Origin: Gemmatimonadota bacterium
GTDB lineage: Bacteria; Gemmatimonadota; Gemmatimonadetes; Longimicrobiales; Gaopeijiaceae
DNA: 34,045 nt
Reading direction: 5' to 3'
Assembly (NCBI GenBank): GCA_039589315.1
Contig: JBDHHQ010000044.1
Location: forward strand, 1-34,045
The notes below the pieces were generated by a model. It saw only the letters and a program-made list of their open reading frames with translations, had not been told where the DNA came from and ran no database searches. A program made the translations under genes and the position numbers. Positions 26,459 through 34,045 of this stretch are shown here, piece after piece. The number at the start of each line of letters is the position of its first letter. Within the stretch, counting starts at the first letter, position 1.

Positions 26459-28135
26459 CTAGCCGGCCACGGCGCTCTGAGGCTCGTTGACCAGATCCAG
26501 CTCCCGCGCTGCCAACTCCCGGATCCGGTACTTCTGTACCTTGCCCGTCACGGTGAGCGGGAAGGCGTCCACGAACATGACGTACCGGGGCACCTTGAAG
26601 TGAGCCAGACGGTCCCGCAGGAAGTCTCGGACCTGGGCCTCCGTGACCTCGGAGCCCTCGCGCGCCTTGACCCAGGCGCAGACCTCCTCGCCCAGAATCG
26701 CGTCAGGCACCCCCACGACCTGGACATTCTCGACGTCGGGGTGAGCGTGGAGGATCTCCTCGATCTCCCGCGGATAGACGTTTTCGCCGCCCCGGATGAT
26801 CATGTCCTTGATGCGGCCCGTGATGCGGACGTAGCCGCTGGGCTCCTTGACGGCCAGGTCGCCCGTGTGGAGCCAGCCGTCCTCGTCGATGGCGTCAGCG
26901 GTCGCCCTGGAGTCCGCGTAATAGCCCAGCATGACGTTGTGGCCCCGGTCGCACAGCTCGCCCTGCTCACCGTCCGGCAAATCTCGGCCGGTATCGGGAT
27001 CCACGACCTTGACCTCGATGCCGGGGATGGGCCTACCGACCGTGCCGACACGCCGCTCCACCGGGTCGTCGAGCAGGGTCTGGGTGATGACCGGTGAGGC
27101 CTCCGTGAGACCATACGCGATGGTCATCTGGCGGGCGCCCATGTCTTGGATGACCCGCTTCATGAGCTCCACCGGGCACGGCGCTCCCGCCATGATGCCG
27201 GTCCGGAGCGACCGTAGATCACGCCCTGAGAAGGACGGGTGCGCGAGCATGGCGATGAACATGGTGGGGACGCCGTAGATGACGGTGGCCCGTTCGCGCT
27301 CCATGCAATCCAGGGTGGCCCGAGCCTCGAAGTACTCGCCAGGGACGAGCATGGCCGAGCCGTGAACCAGGGAGCCCAGCGTGCCGATGACGGCGCCGAA
27401 GCAGTGGTAGAACGGCACCGGGACGCAGATGCGATCGGCCGTGGACAGGCGCTGGCAGACGCCCACGTAGTAGGCGTTGAGCAACAGGTTGCGGTGACTG
27501 AGCAGCACGCCCTTGGGGGCTCCAGTCGTACCGGACGTGTATTGGAGGATGATGGGATCGTCCGGATTCAGCTCGGCCTCCAGCGCCTCGAGGTCGATGT
27601 CCTCGACCTCTCTGCCGCGCCGAATCATCTCCGCCCAGGTGATCATCCCGGGTCCGGGCTCCCGATCGATGGCCACGACCCAGCGCAGATCCGGGACGGC
27701 AGGGCTCGAGAGGCTCCCGGGCCGCGTGCGCGCGAGCTCGGGCACCACCTCATGGAGCATGGAGAAGTAGTTCGAGGACTTGAAGCGTTCGATCAGGAAC
27801 AGCGCCTTGGCGTTCGATTGGCGCAGCGCGTACGCGAGCTCGTCGACCCGGTAGGCCGGATTCACCGTCACCAACACCGCGCCGATCCGCGCCGCCGCCA
27901 GTTGGAGGATGAGCCACTCGGGCCAGTTGGTGGCCCACACCGCCACATGGTCTCCGGGCTCGATCCCAAGAGCGAGGAGGCCTCTGGCTGCCTCGTCCAC
28001 GAGTCGATCATAGGACTCGTACGTCACCCGGAATCCGATCTCGGTGAAGACCAGGGCCTCCGCCTGAGGGTTCTGGACGGAGACAGACCGGAGGACCTGT
28101 CCCAGGGTGAAGCCATCGACCCGGGGTCTTGGCAC
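26459..28135 (-). CDS. AMP-binding acyl-CoA synthetase (fatty-acyl-CoA ligase family)
   Basis: QYTSGTTGAPKG, PFYHCFG, AYGLTEASP, GWLHTGDL, GRIKDMIIRGGENVYP, PLTVTGKVQK. Confidence 0.95.
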   Translation of the reverse strand: MPRPRVDGFTLGQVLRSVSVQNPQAEALVFTEIGFRVTYESYDRLVDEAARGLLALGIEPGDHVAVWATNWPEWLILQLAAARIGAVLVTVNPAYRVDELAYALRQSNAKALFLIERFKSSNYFSMLHEVVPELARTRPGSLSSPAVPDLRWVVAIDREPGPGMITWAEMIRRGREVEDIDLEALEAELNPDDPIILQYTSGTTGAPKGVLLSHRNLLLNAYYVGVCQRLSTADRICVPVPFYHCFGAVIGTLGSLVHGSAMLVPGEYFEARATLDCMERERATVIYGVPTMFIAMLAHPSFSGRDLRSLRTGIMAGAPCPVELMKRVIQDMGARQMTIAYGLTEASPVITQTLLDDPVERRVGTVGRPIPGIEVKVVDPDTGRDLPDGEQGELCDRGHNVMLGYYADSRATADAIDEDGWLHTGDLAVKEPSGYVRITGRIKDMIIRGGENVYPREIEEILHAHPDVENVQVVGVPDAILGEEVCAWVKAREGSEVTEAQVRDFLRDRLAHFKVPRYVMFVDAFPLTVTGKVQKYRIRELAARELDLVNEPQSAVAG

Positions 28136-28446
28136 GTTGCACCGTCCTTGTGAGAGGACTACGCGTCCTGCCCTCCCAACAAAGCTGGGGAGGCCCGGAG
28201 TCCGGCGATATCGGGGTTTCGCTGAAGCGCGTGTGGGGATTTCCGGGACCGAAGCCAGGGGGCAACGGGGGCTCTGGGTGGGGGGTCCAATGGTGCGGTG
28301 GGTGCCCGGTCCGTCCGTGGCGACGTCTGCGTCGTCGAACGCGGACTATTCCCGACAGACACCCGCCCGGGGAGCCCGTAGACTACTGTTGCTGGGAAAC
28401 GATCGCTGGAGTGAGGGGCCCCGGTCTCCCCCTTCAGTGGAGGCTG

Positions 28447-28475
28447 GATCCTCCTCCGAAGACGAAGGGAGGATC
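28447..28475 (+). promoter_or_regulatory. SD-sequestering hairpin, candidate RNA thermometer
   Basis: GATCCTCC (28447-28454) pairs perfectly with GGAGGATC (28468-28475), which contains the SD and ends 2 nt before the Hsp20 ATG. Confidence 0.5.
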
Positions 28476-28477
28476 GC

Positions 28478-28939
28478 ATGAAAACCCTGACCCACTACCG
28501 GCCGCTGCTCGAGGGTGGATTGAAACCCTGGACACCCTTCTCGTTCGAGAATCGGCTTCGTCGGATCTTCGGCCCGGAATTCATGCCCGAATTCCTCGAA
28601 GAGCCCTTCGCGTGGACACCCGTGATCGACCTCGTGGACGCGAATGGTGAGCTCGTCTTGATCGCCGAGCTCCCTGGGATGAAGCTCGAGGACGTGGACA
28701 TCGAGGTCGTGGACAACGTCCTGACCTTCAAGGGCGAGAAGAGGCAGTTCGAGGAGTGGAAGGACGCCCTCTACAAGGTGGCGGAGCGCCACTACGGGAT
28801 GTTCGAGCGCTCGTTCACGCTGCCGCGGGCCGTGATGGTCGACAAGATCCACGCCGAGTTCAACAACGGCATCCTGACGGTTCACCTGCCGAAGACGGAG
28901 GAGGCCAAGGGGCGCCGGATCAAGATCGAAGCCAAGTAG
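28478..28939 (+). CDS. Hsp20/alpha-crystallin small heat-shock protein
   Basis: WTPVIDL, AELPGM, DNVLTFKGEK, ERHYGMFERSFTLP, AEFNNGILTVHLPK. Confidence 0.96.
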   Translation: MKTLTHYRPLLEGGLKPWTPFSFENRLRRIFGPEFMPEFLEEPFAWTPVIDLVDANGELVLIAELPGMKLEDVDIEVVDNVLTFKGEKRQFEEWKDALYKVAERHYGMFERSFTLPRAVMVDKIHAEFNNGILTVHLPKTEEAKGRRIKIEAK

Positions 28940-28966
28940 CTTCCGACTCGGTAAGGATCGAGGCGT

Positions 28967-28995
28967 GGGGGAAGGATGCACCATACCCTTCCCCC
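28967..28995. terminator. Hairpin between convergent genes (possible terminator)
   Basis: GGGGGAAGG (28967-28975) pairs with CCTTCCCCC (28987-28995). No clear U-tract. Confidence 0.45.
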
Positions 28996-29074
28996 TCAGT
29001 CCTTTCGGGTCATCCGCTCTGCAGGGTGGGGACTCGGTCACCAGTTTCGTGAGCTGCTGCCGCCTGCTCCGTCC

Positions 29075-31459
29075 CTATTCAGCCCTCGATACGGCCGTGT
29101 GCGCCACCGCTGCGGCCACCAGGTAGCAGGCCGCTCCCACCAAGAGCAGCCCACGTCCCCCCAGCTCCATGGCGATGAGGATCGCGGCCGAGGCTCCCAT
29201 CACAGAAGTGACGCCATTGGCCGCCCATGCCCATGCCACGCCACCGCCGTTCCCGCGGAAGAGCCGGAGCCCGGAGGGGAAGGGTACGCCCATCACCACG
29301 GCAGGGATCGCGATCACTCCTAGGGCGATGGCGATCCGCGCTCCGACCGGAAGGGCGGTGATGGCCCCCGCCCACGGAGCGGCGACGGCCGCCAGCCCGG
29401 CGAGCAGGGCCACACCGAGACAGGCTCGAGGCGTCCACGCACCGGCAAGACGGTCCGAGAACGCGCTTCCCAGTCCCGAAAAGGCCAGAAGGGCCGCCAG
29501 CGTCGCCGCGGCGGCGTAGACCGGATGGCCGAGGAGCAAGCTGAGCCGCTGGATGCCGGTCATCTCGATGAAGACGTAGCCGAATCCCAGCGCTCCGAAG
29601 TACAGGGCGCTCCGCCCGACGAATCGGGCTTCTCGTCGCTTCACCAGGACAAGGCCGGGTAGGCCGATGAGGGCGAGGGCCAACAGGGCGCTCTGGATCA
29701 GCGTGGCCGCCACGGCCAGGGATCCCCATTCGGCGAACGGGAGCCAGGTGCCCCGCTGCCGTCCCAGCAGGTCGGGCCAAGCGCCGAGCCGGAGGAACCG
29801 ACCGAAGTAGGGTCGGTCGTCCGTGGTCGGCTCGACGCGGAAGCGAAAGCCGTCTGCGAACGCGGCCGCTTGCTCGGCCTCGCCCGCCGCCGCTCGGGCC
29901 GCCTGGGCGAACGTGGGCGGTTCCACGAGGTTGAATGACGGGGTCCCGATCTCGGGCCAGTCCAGATCGAAACGCCGCTCGGCCGCGAACGCACGAAGGC
30001 GTTCCAGGTGGGCCGGCCGGAACCCCGCCGGGCGGACCAGGACGGTGCCCGTGGCCCAGCTCCTCAGGAAGGCCAGGGTGCCGCCCACGTCCTCGACGCC
30101 CTCGGCGCGCAGGGCCGCGGCAGCCGTGAGCAGGACGCGGACGTTGTCCCGCGGCGGCGTCCGCGTCCAGCGGGTGACCGCCACCACGCCGCCGGGGGCC
30201 AGGACTCTCAGGCAGGCCCGATACGCCTCCACCGTGTTGAGGTAGTCCTCGCCCAGGGAGTAGATACCCGCAGCAGCCGTGGCCATCGCGCCGGAGAGCG
30301 GCAGGACGACCACGTCGAACCGCTCTTCGGTGCGCGCCAGGAACGCTCGCGCGTCACCGATGACGATCCGCACGTCACCCCGACCCGCGACCCGGGACGC
30401 GGGGTCGACGGCGGAATCGGTCAGGGCCACCAACGGGGCCACCAACTCCACGCCGGTCGCCGACTCGGCGCCGTGGGCGAGTGCGCTCAGGATCTCCAGT
30501 CCGCCACCGGACCCCAACACCAGCACCCGGCCGGGCCGGGCGACCCGGAATGCCACGGCCGACGGAAGCCAGTCCGTGAAGCTGAGCGCCTCCGTGAGAC
30601 CCTGCCAGTGCGTGGCGGCTCCCGCCGCCTCGCCGTCGACGAACAAGGCGGTCTGCCGCGGCAAGGATCCCGTGTACGAGAGACTCAGTCCCGGTGCGTG
30701 CCGGAACGCCGAGGCCTCCACCGCGACCGCCCACCCCGTCGGCGACCATGCCTCCCCCGATCGCCGCGCATCGGGGAAGGCCTCGACCTGCGGGAGTCCC
30801 TTGAACGGAGACGGCCGCGCTTCCCACGGCGGGGCCAAGCCACACCACACGGCTGCGGCCAACGGCAACGCGGCCAGGGCGAGGCGGCCGCGGCTCATGG
30901 ACGGAGATAGCACCGCGACCACCGCACCCGCGGCGGCCATGGCCACCGCGCCAGCGAGGGCCCGATCGGGGGGCGCCGCCATGAGGAGCAGGAGGGCGGC
31001 CCCGCTCCCCAACCCCGACCCCACCAGATTCCACGCATATACCCGCCCCACACGCTCCTCGGCGGCCATCAAGGCGATGCCGATGACGGCGGCCGCGACC
31101 AGGAAAGGCCCTGCCAATGAACCATACGTGAGGGCCAGCCAGAGCCACTGACTCCGGTCCCACAAGAGCTGGGTGGGCTCGAAGGGTATCCGGTTGACCA
31201 CGGCGATCCCCGCGACGAGCGTCAGCGGGAAGGCCAGCGCGAGTGCCTGGAACCAGAGGCCCAGCCTGGGTCCGATCCGCTCCTCCAGCACGACCAGGAC
31301 CGCCCCGCTGGCCCCGAAGCCCAGCAGGGCCACGCCGATGGCCATGTAGGCGAAGTGATGGAAGCTCTCGGTCGCGAAGAGACGCAGCAGGAGCACTTGT
31401 GCCGCGAGTACCGCAGCCGAGACGCAGAAGACCGCTGGACCGGTGCCGCGGGTGGGCAT
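29075..31459 (-). CDS. Multi-pass membrane protein with a central spermidine-synthase-like SAM-binding domain
   Basis: N-terminal TMs (AIGVALLGFGASG, VYAWNLVGSGLG), VLVLGSGGG...GVE...GDARAFL...FDVV, TDDRPYF, C-terminal TMs (GHPVYA, MGVPFPSG, WAWAANG). Start ATG 31459; the ORF-track extension to 32194 is off-frame over pcm. Confidence 0.88.
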   Translation of the reverse strand: MPTRGTGPAVFCVSAAVLAAQVLLLRLFATESFHHFAYMAIGVALLGFGASGAVLVVLEERIGPRLGLWFQALALAFPLTLVAGIAVVNRIPFEPTQLLWDRSQWLWLALTYGSLAGPFLVAAAVIGIALMAAEERVGRVYAWNLVGSGLGSGAALLLLMAAPPDRALAGAVAMAAAGAVVAVLSPSMSRGRLALAALPLAAAVWCGLAPPWEARPSPFKGLPQVEAFPDARRSGEAWSPTGWAVAVEASAFRHAPGLSLSYTGSLPRQTALFVDGEAAGAATHWQGLTEALSFTDWLPSAVAFRVARPGRVLVLGSGGGLEILSALAHGAESATGVELVAPLVALTDSAVDPASRVAGRGDVRIVIGDARAFLARTEERFDVVVLPLSGAMATAAAGIYSLGEDYLNTVEAYRACLRVLAPGGVVAVTRWTRTPPRDNVRVLLTAAAALRAEGVEDVGGTLAFLRSWATGTVLVRPAGFRPAHLERLRAFAAERRFDLDWPEIGTPSFNLVEPPTFAQAARAAAGEAEQAAAFADGFRFRVEPTTDDRPYFGRFLRLGAWPDLLGRQRGTWLPFAEWGSLAVAATLIQSALLALALIGLPGLVLVKRREARFVGRSALYFGALGFGYVFIEMTGIQRLSLLLGHPVYAAAATLAALLAFSGLGSAFSDRLAGAWTPRACLGVALLAGLAAVAAPWAGAITALPVGARIAIALGVIAIPAVVMGVPFPSGLRLFRGNGGGVAWAWAANGVTSVMGASAAILIAMELGGRGLLLVGAACYLVAAAVAHTAVSRAE

Positions 31460-31464
31460 GGACC

Positions 31465-32160
31465 TCAGCGAACGCCGCTGAGGAACGGCACGAACCGTAC
31501 GGGCAGGAGTGCCTGGGTCGTCACCTCCCCCACCCGATCCTTCGTGACCAGGATCAGGTTCTGGATGCCGTAGATGCTCCCCACGGGAATCACCATCCGC
31601 CCGCCCTCGGCCAACTGCTCCACCAGAGGCGGGGGGATGAAGCCCGCGGCTGCGGTGACGATGATCGACTCGAACGGCGCCTCCTCGGGCCAGCCGTAGA
31701 AGCCGTCGGCGTGCCGGACGCGGATGTTGTCGTAGCTGAGGCGGGCCACCCGCTCTCGGGCCGACTCGGCGAGGACCTGGAAGATCTCGATGGTGAACAC
31801 CTCGGCTCCGGTCTGTGCGAGGACCGCCGCCTGATATCCGGACCCGGTGCCGATCTCCAGCACCTTCATCCCCGGTCGGGGCAGGAGGAGCTGGGTCATG
31901 TACGCCACGACGTAGGGCTGGGAGATGGTCTGGCCGTGTCCGATGGGCAGCGGATGATCGCCGTAGGCCCGGTCCACGTCTTGCGGCCGCACGAACTCGT
32001 GTCGCGGCACTCGACGCATGGCGTCGAGGGTGGACGAGTCCTCGATCCCGTTGGCCTCGAGCTGATCCCGCACCATCCGGGACCGGGGCGCATCGAAGGC
32101 GTCGCCTTGGGGGGCGAGAAGCACCAAGCAGCCCAAGGCGCAGGCAACCCCCCGTCGCAT
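31465..32160 (-). CDS. pcm: Protein-L-isoaspartate(D-aspartate) O-methyltransferase with N-terminal hydrophobic leader
   Basis: VPRHEFV, AYGDHPLPIGHGQTISQPYVVA, VLEIGTGSGYQAAVLA, GWPEEAPF, QLAEGGRMVIPVG, VRFVPF. ATG 32160 follows GGAGG. Confidence 0.95.
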   Translation of the reverse strand: MRRGVACALGCLVLLAPQGDAFDAPRSRMVRDQLEANGIEDSSTLDAMRRVPRHEFVRPQDVDRAYGDHPLPIGHGQTISQPYVVAYMTQLLLPRPGMKVLEIGTGSGYQAAVLAQTGAEVFTIEIFQVLAESARERVARLSYDNIRVRHADGFYGWPEEAPFESIIVTAAAGFIPPPLVEQLAEGGRMVIPVGSIYGIQNLILVTKDRVGEVTTQALLPVRFVPFLSGVR

Positions 32161-32378
32161 TATCCCTCCCGGGCTGACTCGAAAAAGACGGCACCGCCGT
32201 CCGGGTATGCTGCCGAGCCTATGGAACTCTACCGGGCAGGATCCCTGGGCAGCAATCGGGCGATGTCCGAAGGCGACGTCGGGAGAACCCCGACGGCCCG
32301 AGCACTCGGCGGTGCCGCGCGCTGCGCTCGCTCGAGCTCCCATCGAGTGGGCCGGCGGTCCCCACCACGCGGGATGCG

Positions 32379-33839
32379 CTACCTGCCCTCCGGCGTGACC
32401 GGCTCCGGTCCGTCCAGGCGGATAGCTTGCGCCACCGGACCTTCTTCCCAGTCCTGGGCGCTGGACAGGTTCGGCATCCCCCAGTCCCGGCCGTTCCAGC
32501 CCTCGAATCCTTCCATCCGAAACACCCAGAGTCCCGTGACCATGTCGCTCACGACGATGAGACCGTCGCTGTTACGGACGTCCACGCCCCAGGCTCCCGT
32601 GTTGACGTTGTTCTCGCCGCGCGACTCGTGTGGGCCGCCGTAGGTGTCGTAGTAGGCCCAGGTCACCGGCCGATAGGCGTCGAACATGCTGAAGACCTGG
32701 AAGCCGTCCTCATATGCCGCCACGAAAACGAAGGGCCAGCGCACCTCGTGGTTGTGAGCGAGGTTGCGCCAGTTGGCGGTCCACGCCGAGGCAGGCTGGT
32801 CGACGGTGGTGCGCCCCTCGTCCCAGGCGGCGCCCGTGTCGAAGATCCGGAGGGGTGCGTACTGGTACTCGGTCTCGGCCACGGCGAAGCGGCCGTCCGG
32901 CGTGGGCGTGAACGTGTGGCCCGAGTTGACGCCTGAGACCCCGGTGATGGACAGGAGCAGCGTCGGGTTGCCCAGGTCGGTGATGTCGAGCACGAAGTAG
33001 CCGCCCGTGCCGCCACCCCAGAATCGATCCTGCCCGCTGGCCAGGTCGTAGCCGACGAAGAAGTCGTGCCAGCTGCCCTGACCGCCTCGAAGGGCCCAGT
33101 ACGAGGTCTCCGGGTTGGCGATGCGGGCAACCAGGGCCCCCTCACGGTCGCCCTCCACGAAGCGTCCCATGTCGTAGACGTGGGCGTACTCGGACCGGGT
33201 GGTGGCGAACAGGAGCGGCCGTCCGTCCGAGTGCTTGTACATGTAGATGTTGTGGAAGCCGCCCTCCACCCGGGGCTCTCGAATGCGCCCCACCTCCCGG
33301 ACCTGGTTCGTGTCCGGCAACCCTGTCACGTCGAATACGATGGCGCCGAGGTCCGCGTCCGGGCCACCCTGCCCGAACTGCGTCGACTGGACGTAATAGT
33401 ATCGCCCGTCGTGCTTGAAGTAGCGGCCGTCGAGCGCGCCGGATCCCTGGTGCAGCGCGGAGTTCTCGATCCGCCAGCGATAGATGACCCGCGCGTTCTC
33501 GGGATCCCCCACGTCGACGATGTCGAAGCCCGTCGGGTCGAAGCGCTTGGAGACGTAGACGTAGGGTCGACTCTCCTCCTGCTCGATCTCCACGTCGGCC
33601 ACGTGCAGGTAGCCACCCAGGGGCACGTGCGACAGCACCTGGAGGTTGTCGGTCCCCCGTGCTCCCGGATCGAGAGCGTCTCCCGGCCGCCCCATGCGAA
33701 TTGGCCAGGGTCCCGGATTCTGGCCGCCCTGGGCCGCCAATGGAGCCGCATAAGCGAGCGCGCCCGCGACAACGAGGAGGCAGCGAAGCCGGGCGGAAGT
33801 CGGGCACTGGATCGCCGAGGTATGGGTCACGAAGGGCAT
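32379..33839 (-). CDS. Secreted LVIVD-repeat-type beta-propeller protein
   Basis: Signal peptide ending APLAA-Q. Repeats GFDIVDVGDP, GAIVFDVTG, GYFVLDITDLGNP, AYEDGFQVF, GAWGVDV...SDMVTGLWVF. Confidence 0.8.
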   Translation of the reverse strand: MPFVTHTSAIQCPTSARLRCLLVVAGALAYAAPLAAQGGQNPGPWPIRMGRPGDALDPGARGTDNLQVLSHVPLGGYLHVADVEIEQEESRPYVYVSKRFDPTGFDIVDVGDPENARVIYRWRIENSALHQGSGALDGRYFKHDGRYYYVQSTQFGQGGPDADLGAIVFDVTGLPDTNQVREVGRIREPRVEGGFHNIYMYKHSDGRPLLFATTRSEYAHVYDMGRFVEGDREGALVARIANPETSYWALRGGQGSWHDFFVGYDLASGQDRFWGGGTGGYFVLDITDLGNPTLLLSITGVSGVNSGHTFTPTPDGRFAVAETEYQYAPLRIFDTGAAWDEGRTTVDQPASAWTANWRNLAHNHEVRWPFVFVAAYEDGFQVFSMFDAYRPVTWAYYDTYGGPHESRGENNVNTGAWGVDVRNSDGLIVVSDMVTGLWVFRMEGFEGWNGRDWGMPNLSSAQDWEEGPVAQAIRLDGPEPVTPEGR

Positions 33840-34045
33840 GGAGGCACTCCGACAGCGGGTTTGCCCGATGAGGGGTCCAAGCCCCCGCGGGCCCGATAGT
33901 CCGCACCACGGCAGCCCGGGCCCGACCCCTCATCTCACGTCGTAGGCGGCCGTCACCCCTCGCCGTCCACGGCTTTGGTGGGGTCGGGAATGTACGCGCC
34001 GCTGCAAGCGGTGGCCACGGGGCCACGGCCGGTGTGGCAACTCGC

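Noticed and set aside
28136..28446. CIRCE or other heat-shock operator upstream of Hsp20
   Set aside because: No TTAGCACTC-N9-GAGTGCTAA or other convincing match found.
31460..32194. Apparent 1039-aa ORF suggesting a Pcm-membrane protein fusion or frameshift
   Set aside because: The extension is a different frame from pcm and is low-complexity. pcm has its own stop at 31465 and the next gene an ATG at 31459.
1..34045. CRISPR arrays, tRNA/rRNA, IS elements, prophage or defence genes
   Set aside because: No regularly spaced repeat-spacer array, cloverleaf, transposase, integrase or nuclease motifs seen by eye. Composition looks uniform.

Overview
High-GC bacterial DNA (about two-thirds G+C by eye). 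The gene mix suggests Gemmatimonadota or a similar lineage, but that is inference only. The window is densely coding, with about 25 intact CDS and one probable gene remnant. I found no rRNA, tRNA, CRISPR array, transposase or integrase. Left to right: (1) a secreted PQQ-dependent dehydrogenase, truncated by the window edge and missing from the ORF track; (2) a 12 kb + strand operon of two DUF885-like metallopeptidase paralogs, a complete Dpp/Opp-type ABC importer, an SDR and two Gfo/Idh/MocA oxidoreductases; (3) an acidic lipoprotein behind a structured-looking leader; (4) a cation:proton antiporter; (5) a lipoprotein N-acyl-D-amino-acid deacylase; (6) a DoxX/DUF417-like remnant; (7) a - strand molybdo-flavoenzyme operon (Tat 2Fe-2S, Mo and FAD/4Fe-4S subunits) extended by a cytochrome b and a small unknown protein; (8) a membrane TolB-like/TPR protein and an acyl-CoA synthetase; (9) Hsp20 with its Shine-Dalgarno locked in a hairpin; (10) a signal-peptide-bearing Pcm coupled to a membrane spermidine-synthase-like protein; (11) a His-rich LVIVD-type propeller. 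The best candidates for an undescribed system are the DUF885-pair/ABC/oxidoreductase operon, the membrane-coupled periplasmic molybdoenzyme, and the Pcm plus membrane SAM-domain pair.
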